NCBI GenBank assembly: GCA_037441675.1 | Contig: JBBIRS010000006.1 | Span: 32,001-96,000, forward strand | Length of the DNA: 64,000 nucleotides | From: Planctomycetales bacterium | Lineage (GTDB): Bacteria > 4484-113 | Direction of reading: 5' to 3' | Shown: positions 43,198 through 53,309 of the stretch, piece by piece | Layout of the letters: the number at the start of each line of letters is the position of its first letter | How positions within the stretch are numbered: position 1 is the first letter of the stretch | Notes under the pieces: model-generated | Told to the model about the DNA's origin: nothing | The model's input: only the letters and a program-made list of their open reading frames with translations | Databases searched by the model: none | Program-made: the position numbers and the translations under genes

Positions 43198-43539
43198 GTG
43201 GCTGAACATCTTGAACATAAAGAAGAGGGCATTAAAGAGTTTCCAGTTCCCGTTGACAATAACTCTCTTTACATTAACTACCATTGGTGCAAGGGTTGTT
43301 CAATTTGCGTTGAGTTTTGTCCAAAAGATGTATTTGATTATTCAGTTATAGGACAACCAGTTGTAACTCGTCCCGAGAGCTGCAACCTATGTATGATTTG
43401 TGTGCATAGATGCCCCGATTTCTCCATTGCAGTTGGAGCCTCAGGGCAAATTTTGCCTGAGCGAAAGAAAACGCCTGTGCTAAATCATGTTGATAAAGGC
43501 GGAAAAAAGGAAGAGTGGGTGAGGTATCCCTGGTGGTAA
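43198..43539 (+). CDS. 2-oxoacid:ferredoxin oxidoreductase delta subunit (2x[4Fe-4S])
   Basis: CKGCSICVEFCP and CNLCMICVHRCPD motifs. Confidence 0.88.
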   Translation: MAEHLEHKEEGIKEFPVPVDNNSLYINYHWCKGCSICVEFCPKDVFDYSVIGQPVVTRPESCNLCMICVHRCPDFSIAVGASGQILPERKKTPVLNHVDKGGKKEEWVRYPWW

Positions 43540-43552
43540 ACGGGAAAAGGTT

Positions 43553-44686
43553 ATGGCAAAGACATATCTAATGAGTGGCAACGACGCTTGCGCAGAAGGT
43601 GCTCTTTATGCTGGATGTCGTTTTTTTGCTGGATATCCCATCACTCCAAGCAGTGAAATTGCGGAACATCTTGCCAAAAAACTTCCGCTAATTGATGGCA
43701 TATTTATCCAAATGGAGGATGAAATCGCCTCCATATGCGCGTGTATCGGTGCGTCAATGACTGGGGCAAAAGCAATGACTGCCACCAGCGGTCCCGGATT
43801 CTCTCTGATGCAAGAGAACATAGGTTATGCAGCAATTACGGAGACACCGGTGGTTATTGTGAACGTGATGCGAGTTGCACCTTCCACTGGAATGCCCACT
43901 GGCACCGCTCAAGGTGATTATATACAAGCACGATTCGGCAGTCACGGCGATTATCCTATCGTTGCTCTGGCGCCTGCCACCGCCAATGAGATGTTTGAGT
44001 TTACTGTGAAGGCTTTCAATATTTCTGAAATTCTGCGAACTCCCGTGATTGTAATACCAGAAGCGGTCGTCGCGCACATTCGCGAGCCGGTGAAAATCCC
44101 CGGAGCCGGTGAAATGGAAGTGGTAGCCAGAATTAAAAGGGATTTTGACGGGACTTTCTTCTTCTCACGAAATGAGGATGGTGTAGCTCGCCCACCTTCA
44201 GTGGGTGATGGCTACAAGGTTCATTACACCAGCCTAGTTCACACCGAATCGGGATTCTTCAGCTCTAGTCCCCTTCAGGTTGAAAGTTTTACTAGGGCTT
44301 TAGTGGAAAAGCTTAAGTCAAAAGAACATCTGCTTGTTGACTTTGAGGAGGAAGGTTGCGAAGATGCGGAGATTATTCTAGTTTCTTTTGGCGTGACAGG
44401 AAGAGCTTGCATGCGTTTAGCTAGAGATTTGCGAAAAGCTGGGGAAAAAGTCGGTTATTTTCGTCCTAAAATAGTATGGCCGTTTCCTGAAAAAGAATTC
44501 ATTAATCTAGCTGAGAGGGCACATTCCATCATTGTCGCAGAGTTAAATTATGGCCAGATGAGACGTGAGGTTGAACGGCTTTTCGGAAGAGAAAAGCGCA
44601 TTCTTGGTGTGAACAAGGTTGATGGAACTATGCTTGAGCTTAGCCGTATTAAGGATGTCTTGAGGGAGGTGGTAAAAGATGCTTGA
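43553..44686 (+). CDS. korA: 2-oxoacid:ferredoxin oxidoreductase alpha subunit
   Basis: FAGYPITPSSEI, QMEDEIA and ATSGPGFSLMQE motifs. Substrate specificity not established. Confidence 0.9.
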   Translation: MAKTYLMSGNDACAEGALYAGCRFFAGYPITPSSEIAEHLAKKLPLIDGIFIQMEDEIASICACIGASMTGAKAMTATSGPGFSLMQENIGYAAITETPVVIVNVMRVAPSTGMPTGTAQGDYIQARFGSHGDYPIVALAPATANEMFEFTVKAFNISEILRTPVIVIPEAVVAHIREPVKIPGAGEMEVVARIKRDFDGTFFFSRNEDGVARPPSVGDGYKVHYTSLVHTESGFFSSSPLQVESFTRALVEKLKSKEHLLVDFEEEGCEDAEIILVSFGVTGRACMRLARDLRKAGEKVGYFRPKIVWPFPEKEFINLAERAHSIIVAELNYGQMRREVERLFGREKRILGVNKVDGTMLELSRIKDVLREVVKDA

Positions 44687-45545
44687 GAGTTTTATTGAGA
44701 AATACGCACGTGAGTTCAACTTTCCCACTATATGGTGTTCAGGTTGCGGACTTGGAACTTTTATGCGGGTTATGATGAAGGCTTTTGATGCCATTTCCCT
44801 TGACCCGAATAAACTCGTGCTGGTATCTGGAATTGGCTGTAGCTCAAGGGTTACCGCATATACTGATTGCAACACTGTTCACACTACTCATGGCAGAGCT
44901 TTGCCTGTGGCAACCGGTATCAAGCTGGTAAATCCTTCTCTCACAGTTGTAGTAATCACTGGTGATGGTGATGGTACGGCAATTGGTGGTAATCATCTTA
45001 TTCATGCTGCCCGTAGAAACATTGATTTAACTTGCATTTTACTTAATAACTCTTGCTATGGAATGACGAGCGGACAAGTTTCGCCAATGACCCCCCACTC
45101 CGCATACTCTTCAACTTCGCCTTATGGAAACATTGAGCATTCCTTTGATCTTGTGGGAATGCTGAAGAGCGCTGGAGCTACTTATATCGCACGTGGAACG
45201 GTTTATCATTATCCTCTCGCGGAAAAGCTAATAGTAAGCGCAATTGAACATAAGGGCTTTTCCTTTGTGGAGATTCTTTTTCAGTGTCCTACCTATTTTG
45301 GTCGCTTTAACAAGGTTCCAGAACCCGCGGATATGCTCAGGGAGTTTAAGGAGAATGGAGTAAAGTATGTTCCTGGAAAGGATAAACCGCTTGCTGAGAA
45401 TCAGTTTTACATTGGTGAGCTTTATAGGGATGAGAGTAAAGTAGAATACGTGGAGCTTCTAAAGAAGCACAGGCACGAGCGCTTAAATCTTATGAAACTA
45501 CAAGGGCAATATGATGGCTGCAAAACAAAGAATCGAACGCTATGA
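44679..45545 (+). CDS. korB: 2-oxoacid:ferredoxin oxidoreductase beta subunit (TPP-binding)
   Basis: WCSGCG, SGIGCS, HGRALP and GDGDGTAIGGNH motifs. Confidence 0.9.
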   Translation: MLESFIEKYAREFNFPTIWCSGCGLGTFMRVMMKAFDAISLDPNKLVLVSGIGCSSRVTAYTDCNTVHTTHGRALPVATGIKLVNPSLTVVVITGDGDGTAIGGNHLIHAARRNIDLTCILLNNSCYGMTSGQVSPMTPHSAYSSTSPYGNIEHSFDLVGMLKSAGATYIARGTVYHYPLAEKLIVSAIEHKGFSFVEILFQCPTYFGRFNKVPEPADMLREFKENGVKYVPGKDKPLAENQFYIGELYRDESKVEYVELLKKHRHERLNLMKLQGQYDGCKTKNRTL

Positions 45546-46113
45546 GATACTTGTTTCCGGTTCAGGCGGACAGGGAGTTTTACTCACTGGTGAAATTATT
45601 GCCGAATCTGCTGTACGGGAAGGCTTACAGGTAGCTCAAACCGCAAGCTATGGTCCCGAAAGTCGAGGTGGTGCTTCTCAGTCTGATGTTATTATATCCA
45701 CTGAACCAATTGACTATCCAGGAGTTCTATCTCCTAACTTCTTAATTGCGTTAACACAGGAAGCTGCTGATGCTTTTGCTAACGAATGTGCGGATGACGC
45801 TATTATACTTCTTGATGCTACCTGGGTTGAGACCATTCCAGAATTTCAAGCTAAGCTAATCTATCATGTCCCTATCACAAAAGAAGCCGCAAAGCGCTAC
45901 GGTAAGCCCATTTACGCGAACCTTATCGCCATTGGGTTTTTGACTGCTGAGACTGAGATTTTTCATCCTGTAACTGTAATTGATGTTATTAGAGAGAAGG
46001 TTCCCGTAAAGACAATAGAGCAAAACCTTTCCGCATTCCATTTTGGTCTTGAGATGAGTAAGGAAGTTAAACCAGTCCAAATAACTAGGCAAAGAGATAT
46101 TGTATTGAAATAG
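45511..46113 (+). CDS. 2-oxoacid:ferredoxin oxidoreductase gamma subunit
   Basis: GSGGQGV and SYGPESRGG motifs. Confidence 0.9.
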   Translation: MMAAKQRIERYEILVSGSGGQGVLLTGEIIAESAVREGLQVAQTASYGPESRGGASQSDVIISTEPIDYPGVLSPNFLIALTQEAADAFANECADDAIILLDATWVETIPEFQAKLIYHVPITKEAAKRYGKPIYANLIAIGFLTAETEIFHPVTVIDVIREKVPVKTIEQNLSAFHFGLEMSKEVKPVQITRQRDIVLK

Positions 46114-46332
46114 TAGAGCTTAATATTTCCGGATGGCGAAATTATATTTCGCTTCTTTGAAAAGAAGAGGGCAAAAGATAAGGCTAAGATAACTGTAGTT
46201 CCTTCAACACATTAATTACTTGCGTGCATTGAGAAATACTCCATAAACTTTGCTCAATCTCTATCATCCTAGCACCGCCCCAAATTGTATAGAAGCTACT
46301 TTTCCTTAAATACCACCGAGTTGAATTCACCT

Positions 46333-47328
46333 CTATCTAAATGGTTTTCTAGGCGTTTTCGCATCTAAAGAAGAACTAGCAGGCTTTTTTTCCTGCTTTG
46401 GTGTCATAATCCTGCGGGAAGGCTTTTTACTCCTGGCATTACCATGCGCTTCTAATCCTTCTTTTTGACTTGCTCCTAAGACTAACTCTGATATAGGTTT
46501 ATCCCAATCTGCAGGACATCCTTTCTTATTAACCGCAACTAATCCAAAAATTGCTACGATTATGAAAAAAATTGATACCAACTGGGTCATTGTAACCCCA
46601 CCAAAGCCGTAAAGCTCATTTTGAAAGTCAATAATGTAATGCGGCACATTTCTAAAAGGCTCTTCAATTAGTGATCTTATAAGTGAGTAGCCAAGGATGA
46701 AAGTGTAGAAATTTGTTCCGGGCGTTGTCTTCTTAAACCAAACAATTAACGTGATGATAAGGAGAAGAAGTCCAACTATTCCCCCATAGATTTCAGTAGG
46801 ATGTCTTGGGATGAATTCTGTTGGGTTCTGACCGAAGTTGTGGTACTCATCCTGAGGGAAGCTAAGTGCCCAAGGGATTATCTTTTGTGAAACCTTATAA
46901 CCTGAAATATCGCCGTTGCTTAAATTTCCTAAGAAGCGAACGAGCATTATCCCAATGGACACCCCCGGGGCTGCTGCATCCATAATTTCAATGAACCTAA
47001 TTTTTTTATTTCTAAAGTAAAGCCAGCAACCGAGAATTCCACCTAGGATCCCACCGTGGAAGGATAACCCCCCTTGATTAACGTAAAAGACAGAAAGGGG
47101 ATTATCCGCGTAGTTACTCCAGTTAGTGAGAACGTAGATAATCCTAGCTCCGACAATACCAAAGATTGCAGCCCAAATGACACCATCCCAAACGAGTTCT
47201 CCTTCACGTCCACGCTTTTTCAGAAGGGCAGAGGCTAGCCAGGTGGAGACAAGCAAAGCTAGCGCCATTGCAATTCCATACCACCTAATTGGATATCCAA
47301 ATACAGTAAACGCTACAGGGTTAAACAT
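46333..47328 (-). CDS. lgt: Prolipoprotein diacylglyceryl transferase
   Basis: IRWYG, GARIIYV, GGLSFHGG and RHPTEIY motifs. Confidence 0.95.
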   Translation of the reverse strand: MFNPVAFTVFGYPIRWYGIAMALALLVSTWLASALLKKRGREGELVWDGVIWAAIFGIVGARIIYVLTNWSNYADNPLSVFYVNQGGLSFHGGILGGILGCWLYFRNKKIRFIEIMDAAAPGVSIGIMLVRFLGNLSNGDISGYKVSQKIIPWALSFPQDEYHNFGQNPTEFIPRHPTEIYGGIVGLLLLIITLIVWFKKTTPGTNFYTFILGYSLIRSLIEEPFRNVPHYIIDFQNELYGFGGVTMTQLVSIFFIIVAIFGLVAVNKKGCPADWDKPISELVLGASQKEGLEAHGNARSKKPSRRIMTPKQEKKPASSSLDAKTPRKPFR

Positions 47329-47538
47329 AGTCTTAGTGATTCTAGCATAGGATATAGTCTACTCTGGATAGAACTCTTATGAGAGACAGAAGAGCGAGAG
47401 CATAAATCCCCTCAAGATTAACGTTTCGTGAGTTAGGAATTAAGAGGATTATTAGCTTGTGACATTTCCTATCATAGATTTTGATGACTTTGTGATGCTG
47501 TTGTCACACAAAACTTACCGGGAGTAAAATAGCAATCC

Positions 47539-48276
47539 TTACTCGCCATTATTGTTATTTATTATCTTGAGTGCGGTTAATCGTGAGGCTTCAATGGCAA
47601 ATCCTGCCTTAACTAGTTTTCTAAAGATTTTCTCTCTCAACTTATTCTTCGCTTGGCTGAGAGATAATGTATTTAGTCTTTCATTAAACGCATCTTTTTC
47701 ACCTGAGTTCACCTCCATACGTTTTCTATTCTTTATAAGTGTTTTTTCATATTCCTTATTTAACTCCCTAAGAAAAAACTCCTTTTTATTTCTAACGAAT
47801 CTACTTAATTCTATGCTCTCAAAGTTTGAGGGAACTATCTCTTTCAAAAGATTTATTGCTCTTTCTTTTTGAAATCCTTTACTAATAAGAAGGGATAGAA
47901 TTTTATTTGTGCCGATACCACCTTTTGAAATCTTTTGAAGGACTAGATACTTCGCTGATTCTTCTTCGTTCAGATATCCTTTTTCAGTCAGCTCATTCAC
48001 AACTCGCTCGATGATATCGTTGTGAAACCCGCGCCTGAAGAGCTTATCCTTCAATTCTTTAATAAAAAGATCGCTCCTTGCAAGAGAGCTTAAGGCTATG
48101 TGGCGCGCCTTAAGATAGCTGGATTTTTCTTTTAGAAACTCAACCGTTTTGAGTGGAATACTATCTCCTTCGTTAAAAATCGCATCACCCATCTCAAGCC
48201 AAAGCACTTCACCATCTTCTAGTTTCAACTCGTAAATGCCATCCTTAACACGAAATTTCTTCTCTGTTACGAACAT
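47539..48276 (-). CDS. recX: RecX-family regulatory protein
   Basis: ALSSLARSD..ELKDKL..RGF..VVNELTEKGYLNE and C-terminal LVKAGF. Confidence 0.75.
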   Translation of the reverse strand: MFVTEKKFRVKDGIYELKLEDGEVLWLEMGDAIFNEGDSIPLKTVEFLKEKSSYLKARHIALSSLARSDLFIKELKDKLFRRGFHNDIIERVVNELTEKGYLNEEESAKYLVLQKISKGGIGTNKILSLLISKGFQKERAINLLKEIVPSNFESIELSRFVRNKKEFFLRELNKEYEKTLIKNRKRMEVNSGEKDAFNERLNTLSLSQAKNKLREKIFRKLVKAGFAIEASRLTALKIINNNNGE

Positions 48277-48449
48277 AATTGCAAATTATAATGTGGCTAG
48301 TAGTAGAGTTTACTTATCTTAAATATACGTTTTCTAATTTGCGTGGAAAATTTTAGTAAATTCCTTCAGCTGATGGTTATTTAAGGAAAGTTGAATTAGG
48401 CTGGTATTTGGAATGGTGTACGATTAATTGAGAAAATATTCGCAAGCAC

Positions 48450-48478
48450 TTGAAATTTTCTCTAATCTTCGCTAAACT
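48450..48478 (+). promoter_or_regulatory. Sigma70-type promoter upstream of the spsF-like gene
   Basis: TTGAAA-17-TAAACT. Confidence 0.6.
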
Positions 48479-48643
48479 GAAATTTAACATGCCTAAGGTC
48501 TCTCTCGGCTTAGTAGAACTGCTGGGAAAGGGACCGAATTCTTTTTATCCCCGAGAAAGTAAGTTTTCGCGAGGAGGATTGGTGCAATTTTCTCTGCTAT
48601 CGGGGTTACTTTCATATAAATTCAAAGCTTATGGAGTTATGCT

Positions 48644-49405
48644 ATGAAAAGTGTAATAATTCTTCAGGCGCGTCTTGATTCTTCGCGTCTGCCCAGAAAG
48701 GTGCTTTTACCGCTTGCTGGTAGAGCCTGTATCCTTCATATCCTTGATCGGCTCAGTTGCTCTCGGGAGGTGGACGAAGTTGTTGTTGCAATTCCCGAGC
48801 AAGAGATTGGTAAAGAGCTAGCTCAACTTGTTCAAAACGCTGGATTTAGGGTGATTGGTGGACCAGACCATGATGTTTTGTCCCGCTATATAATTTCCAC
48901 CTATGAAACCGGGGCGGAGATTATCGTAAGAGCTACCGGGGATAATCCTCTGGTTGAACCCAGCATAATTGATCAGCAAATTACATTTCTTAAACAGAAT
49001 CCCGAATTTGAATACGTTTTCACCCGCAGGCTTCCTCTTGGTATTTCCACGGAAACACTCTCCAGAAAAACGTTGGAGAAGCTGGATTACTTAGCGAGGA
49101 TACCACTTCATCGGGAGCACGTCACATATTACTTAGTAGAGCATCCCGAACCGTTTAACATTCATTTCCTTGAAGCTCCAGCTGAGCTTGAAAAACCACA
49201 GTTACGTCTTACTATGGATACCGAGGAGGATTACAGACTAATAGATGAAATTTACCGAGAGTTATATACCGGGGAAGGAATAATCCCTCTTGATAAGGTT
49301 CTCTCTTTTCTAGAAGAAAGAAGTGATTTAACTAATCTGAACTCTCACGTTGTTCAGGTTCCTCCTCATATTGAGCAGGTACTTGCTTCCGTAGAGAGCT
49401 TATAA
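48644..49405 (+). CDS. SpsF-like cytidylyltransferase-family protein
   Basis: QARLDSSRLPRKVL, DVLSRY, VRATGDNP, REHVT and RLTMDTEED motifs. Confidence 0.88.
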   Translation: MKSVIILQARLDSSRLPRKVLLPLAGRACILHILDRLSCSREVDEVVVAIPEQEIGKELAQLVQNAGFRVIGGPDHDVLSRYIISTYETGAEIIVRATGDNPLVEPSIIDQQITFLKQNPEFEYVFTRRLPLGISTETLSRKTLEKLDYLARIPLHREHVTYYLVEHPEPFNIHFLEAPAELEKPQLRLTMDTEEDYRLIDEIYRELYTGEGIIPLDKVLSFLEERSDLTNLNSHVVQVPPHIEQVLASVESL

Positions 49406-49757
49406 ACCTGCCGAGGAAGTATGAGATGGGTGTGAGTAAAATAAATGCAACCTCTAAATTAAAGCCGTCGGAGTAAGAGAGCATTGATAAATTTAGGCTT
49501 TTAGCACTTAAGATGGCGACAGCGTCAATAACTATTATGGCAATGCTTGCAAGGAGAACGCCTTCTCTAGCACCATCAAACATAAACCAGAGGCTTAAAA
49601 CGATAAAGAACAAAGTTCCAAGGAGGACAATTGAAACAAAACTACTTCTGGGAATAGGTTGCCAAGCGGAATACCAGAAGAAGAAGATGTGGGAAACACT
49701 TAATCCCGCAAGTAGAAAAATAACCCAGATTAGTTTATCCCAAAGTCTAGCAGTCAC
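49332..49757 (-). CDS. Hypothetical membrane protein (about 4 TM)
   Basis: Hydrophobic ORF; extended -10 box 6 nt before the GTG. Confidence 0.6.
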   Translation of the reverse strand: MTARLWDKLIWVIFLLAGLSVSHIFFFWYSAWQPIPRSSFVSIVLLGTLFFIVLSLWFMFDGAREGVLLASIAIIVIDAVAILSAKSLNLSMLSYSDGFNLEVAFILLTPISYFLGRFISSLRKQVPAQYEEEPEQRESSD

Positions 49758-50085
49758 AACACTACTATAACAGGTTTTAGAGTTGCTATTAAAGCTATAA
49801 AAGAAATATGCTCAAGATGTTAAGCGTAGCTCTCTAAATGATAAACGTAAAGGTTTTGCGTTGGACGCGTATTGGTTGAAGTTCATTGAGAGGACTCATC
49901 GCAAATTGTCTGCAGGGCTTAGTGAGGATAGGAAAGGTTATAGTTGGACCAAGTAAGATGAAATATAAAGATAATAATTCAGAAATTATGATATAATAAT
50001 AAGATTTGGAGAGCTGAAAAAGGATGAGAAAAACTCTCGTGCCCAAAAGGGCAAGACATTGATTCCCAAACCCGCTTGGTTAAGA

Positions 50086-50562
50086 ATGGGTATTGTTCAA
50101 TCATTTTTACGTTTTTTAGGATTTCAAGAGCATGGCGAAGGGATGGTGCTAGATTATAAACCTCGTTACGGAACGCCTGCAGAGCCCGAAGTGCTTGAAC
50201 ATCCAAAATTCACCGATTTTGCTAAGACCGATGAAAGTCTTTCCAAGTTTAATTCTCTAGCTTTCCAATCTAATCCTCAAAGAGAGATCAAAGTTTCCAT
50301 TGTTAGGCCTGAACTAGGTAAATACGGGAAGATCAATTATTCCTTATATGTTTATACCGAAAACCTGAAGGAAGGCTATTTACTATTAGTTGATGTAAGC
50401 AAGCTTCTAACCCAAAGTAGGGATGAAGCGAGAAGGGTTGTAAATTTCTTATCGGGAGTTACTGAAGCTTTAGGTGGGGCGAGGAAAGAAGTCGTGCGCG
50501 ACTTATACCTCTTTGTTCCTCCTGGAGTAACACTTTACGGTTCACACTCCAGCGACTATTAA
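50086..50562 (+). CDS. sepF: Cell division protein SepF
   Basis: Amphipathic N-terminus MGIVQSFLRFLGF; C-terminal ARRVVNFLSGVTEALGG...LYLFVPPGV. Confidence 0.8.
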   Translation: MGIVQSFLRFLGFQEHGEGMVLDYKPRYGTPAEPEVLEHPKFTDFAKTDESLSKFNSLAFQSNPQREIKVSIVRPELGKYGKINYSLYVYTENLKEGYLLLVDVSKLLTQSRDEARRVVNFLSGVTEALGGARKEVVRDLYLFVPPGVTLYGSHSSDY

Positions 50563-50593
50563 TGTCAGCAATTCTTTCTACACAGACTGATAG

Positions 50594-52321
50594 ATGACTA
50601 ACAATACAAAGTTGCGTTTTATTCCACTTGGGGGGGTAGGGGAAATTGGCAAGAGTTGTGCGATTCTTGAGTATGGCAACTCCGCTGTGATGATTGACTG
50701 TGGTCTTGCCTTTCCGGATATTCATCTGCTTGGAGTTGATCTGGTAATACCTGACTTCACGTACGCGCTAAGGCATCGAGGCAAGCTGAAAGCAGTTTTC
50801 CTCACGCATGGACACGAAGACCATATTGGCGCGCTTCCTTACCTTCTTAATGACTTTATCCCCCCAAAAATTTATGGAAGTAAGCTAACCCTAGGACTAC
50901 TAAAGAGCAAGATTGAAGAAGTAGGGATAGAGGGAGAAGTTCCTCTTATTGAAATTGGTTCCGGTGACAAAGTTCAAATTGATAAGAACTTTGAGGTGAG
51001 TGCCTTTCATATATCCCATTCGATCCCAGATGAGCTAGCCTATGGCATTTCAACTCCAGTTGGGAAGGTATTTTTTTCTGGGGATTTCAAAGTTGACCAA
51101 TCTCCCGTAGATGGCAGGCGCACAGAGATTGAGGCAATTAGAAAATTCGCAGGTGAGCAAGGCATACTTGCGCTTTTTGTAGATACCACTAACGTTGAAA
51201 GGCCGGGTTGGACTGGTAGCGAAAGCGTCGTTGGTCCTGTATTTATGGATTTCTTTAAGTCCCATTCCAACAGAATTCTAATAACAACGTTTGCCAGCAA
51301 TATTCATAGAATTCAGCAAGCTTTGGATACCGCAAAGGAGACAGGAAGAAAAGTATTTCTTGCTGGTAGGGCTATGCTGACTAACGTTGCACTGGCGAGG
51401 GAGCTGGGATACTTGAAGGTTCCTGAGGATACAATCGTTGAACCAAATGCGCTTAATAGAATCCCCCCGAAAGAACTGGTTATTCTGGCAACTGGAAGTC
51501 AGGGCGAGCCAATGGCTGCTTTAACGCAGATGAGTAGAGAACAGCATCGGTTTGTTTCTATCCACAAAGGGGATTTGGTAATCTTCTCCGCGAGCCCAAT
51601 ACCAGGCAATGAAACCTATATCTACACTGTCATTGACAACCTTTTCCGATTGGAGGCAGACGTAATCTATGGACATGGAACGAACGTTCACGTTTCGGGT
51701 CACGGTTCTCAGGAAGAGATAATGGAGCTTCTTAAAGCCACCCGCGCGCGGTTTTTGGTTCCAATCCATTCGCAGTACAGGCATCAGATGATTTTCAAGA
51801 AGCTGGCACGAAAGTGGGGGCATCCAGATGAAGATATTATCACTATGTCAATTGGGGATGTGCTTGAATTTAATCAGGAAGGTTGGGAGATAAGGGAACA
51901 CATAAAGGCAGGTGCTACCTACATTGATGGACTATCAGTGGGAACAATATCAACACGAATTTTAAGTGAGAGAACTGCCCTGGCGGAGGATGGCGTGGTT
52001 TCATTCACTCTTGTCCTTGATAGTACTGGAGACACCATCTTGCGGGGTCCTTTCATTTCCGCGCGAGGTTTCCCAGCTGAACAGGACAATCCGGAACTTT
52101 TCAGAGAAATGAAAGAGCTTTTAACGGAGAGCCTGTTCCATAACAGACTAAGGAGTGATGCCTATCAGACCCAGCTTAGGAATAACTTGGCTAACACGCT
52201 TCAACATTTCATCTTTGAGAAGTTAGGTTTTCACCCAGTGATTCTTGGCACGGTAATTCATCTTGATCCTAATCGAGAGGCGGATAGGGTAAGGGAAAGC
52301 TGGGGGATTCAAAAAAAGTGA
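50594..52321 (+). CDS. rnj: Ribonuclease J
   Basis: PLGGVGEIGK, THGHEDHIG, TGSQGEP and HVSGH motifs. Confidence 0.96.
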   Translation: MTNNTKLRFIPLGGVGEIGKSCAILEYGNSAVMIDCGLAFPDIHLLGVDLVIPDFTYALRHRGKLKAVFLTHGHEDHIGALPYLLNDFIPPKIYGSKLTLGLLKSKIEEVGIEGEVPLIEIGSGDKVQIDKNFEVSAFHISHSIPDELAYGISTPVGKVFFSGDFKVDQSPVDGRRTEIEAIRKFAGEQGILALFVDTTNVERPGWTGSESVVGPVFMDFFKSHSNRILITTFASNIHRIQQALDTAKETGRKVFLAGRAMLTNVALARELGYLKVPEDTIVEPNALNRIPPKELVILATGSQGEPMAALTQMSREQHRFVSIHKGDLVIFSASPIPGNETYIYTVIDNLFRLEADVIYGHGTNVHVSGHGSQEEIMELLKATRARFLVPIHSQYRHQMIFKKLARKWGHPDEDIITMSIGDVLEFNQEGWEIREHIKAGATYIDGLSVGTISTRILSERTALAEDGVVSFTLVLDSTGDTILRGPFISARGFPAEQDNPELFREMKELLTESLFHNRLRSDAYQTQLRNNLANTLQHFIFEKLGFHPVILGTVIHLDPNREADRVRESWGIQKK

Positions 52322-53208
52322 ATCCGATTATCTATTTGCCAATTTTTTCATACGAAGCTCTAATTTTAATCAGCAATGCCAATCAATCTATCCAAATGAA
52401 TCCTTACGCCAACTTTTTTCTTCTTGGAGTTATTCAGGGATTAACTGAATTTTTGCCTATTAGTTCCTCAGGTCATTTGGTTCTTTTGGAGAACATTTTG
52501 GGCTTTAACCCGCAGGGAGTGGTAATTGAAGTCGCCTTGCACTTGGCAACTCTTTTCGCGGTAGTTATTTTCTACTTTAGAGACATCAAATCATTGTTGC
52601 TTTTGCGTAAAGGCAAAACAATAAACAAGCCTAAAGCTTATCTCACGCGGTTACTCTTCGTGACCCTCATCACCTCTATCGTTGTTTATCCTTTTAGAAA
52701 TGCTCTCGCCTCAATGACGGAGGATTCTCTAGCCCTTTTCAGGATTGGCGTTGCTTTTCTTGTGACTGCCTTGATGCTTGTTACAACTGATACGCTTTTG
52801 AGGAGAAACGGACTTCGTTTTGAAGAAGTAACCTATCTTGGTTATATGGCTCTAGCTCTTATAGGCGTCGTTCAGGCGGTGGCAGCGATACCCGGTATCT
52901 CCCGCTCAGGTTCCACAATATTCGCAGGAATACTGTGCGGGCTAAGTCGCGAAGAGGCCGCGAGATTCTCTTTTTTTATGTTCATTCCTATAGCCTTGAT
53001 TGCTTCCATTTACGAGTTGATTAACGAGGCAACTGGGCTCACCTTTCCTTCTGAGCTCTGGCTACCACTTGGCGTTGGTTTTCTAGCTTCTTTGTTAACG
53101 GGAATCTTTGCCATAGGATTGTTATTGCGCTTGATTAAGAGCGCTCGCTTATCATACTTTTCCCTTTACTTAATAGTTGCCAGTATCGTTGCATTTATCT
53201 TTGCTTAG
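52318..53208 (+). CDS. uppP: Undecaprenyl-diphosphate phosphatase
   Basis: QGLTEFLPISSSGHL and PGISRSGST motifs. An alternative ATG start lies at 52396. Confidence 0.95.
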   Translation: MNPIIYLPIFSYEALILISNANQSIQMNPYANFFLLGVIQGLTEFLPISSSGHLVLLENILGFNPQGVVIEVALHLATLFAVVIFYFRDIKSLLLLRKGKTINKPKAYLTRLLFVTLITSIVVYPFRNALASMTEDSLALFRIGVAFLVTALMLVTTDTLLRRNGLRFEEVTYLGYMALALIGVVQAVAAIPGISRSGSTIFAGILCGLSREEAARFSFFMFIPIALIASIYELINEATGLTFPSELWLPLGVGFLASLLTGIFAIGLLLRLIKSARLSYFSLYLIVASIVAFIFA

Positions 53209-53309
53209 AGGCTTAAGCTGATTAAGCGGCAAACCCCTCCCTCTAATCCTTGTCTTACTTACGAGGAAAAGAAAGTAAAGCGAGCCCTGCGGAAAGATTA
53301 AGTCGAAGG

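Noticed and set aside
47491..47508. TGTGA-N8-TCACA between recX and lgt
   Set aside because: Spacing does not match CRP/Rex (N6) and there is no positional support.
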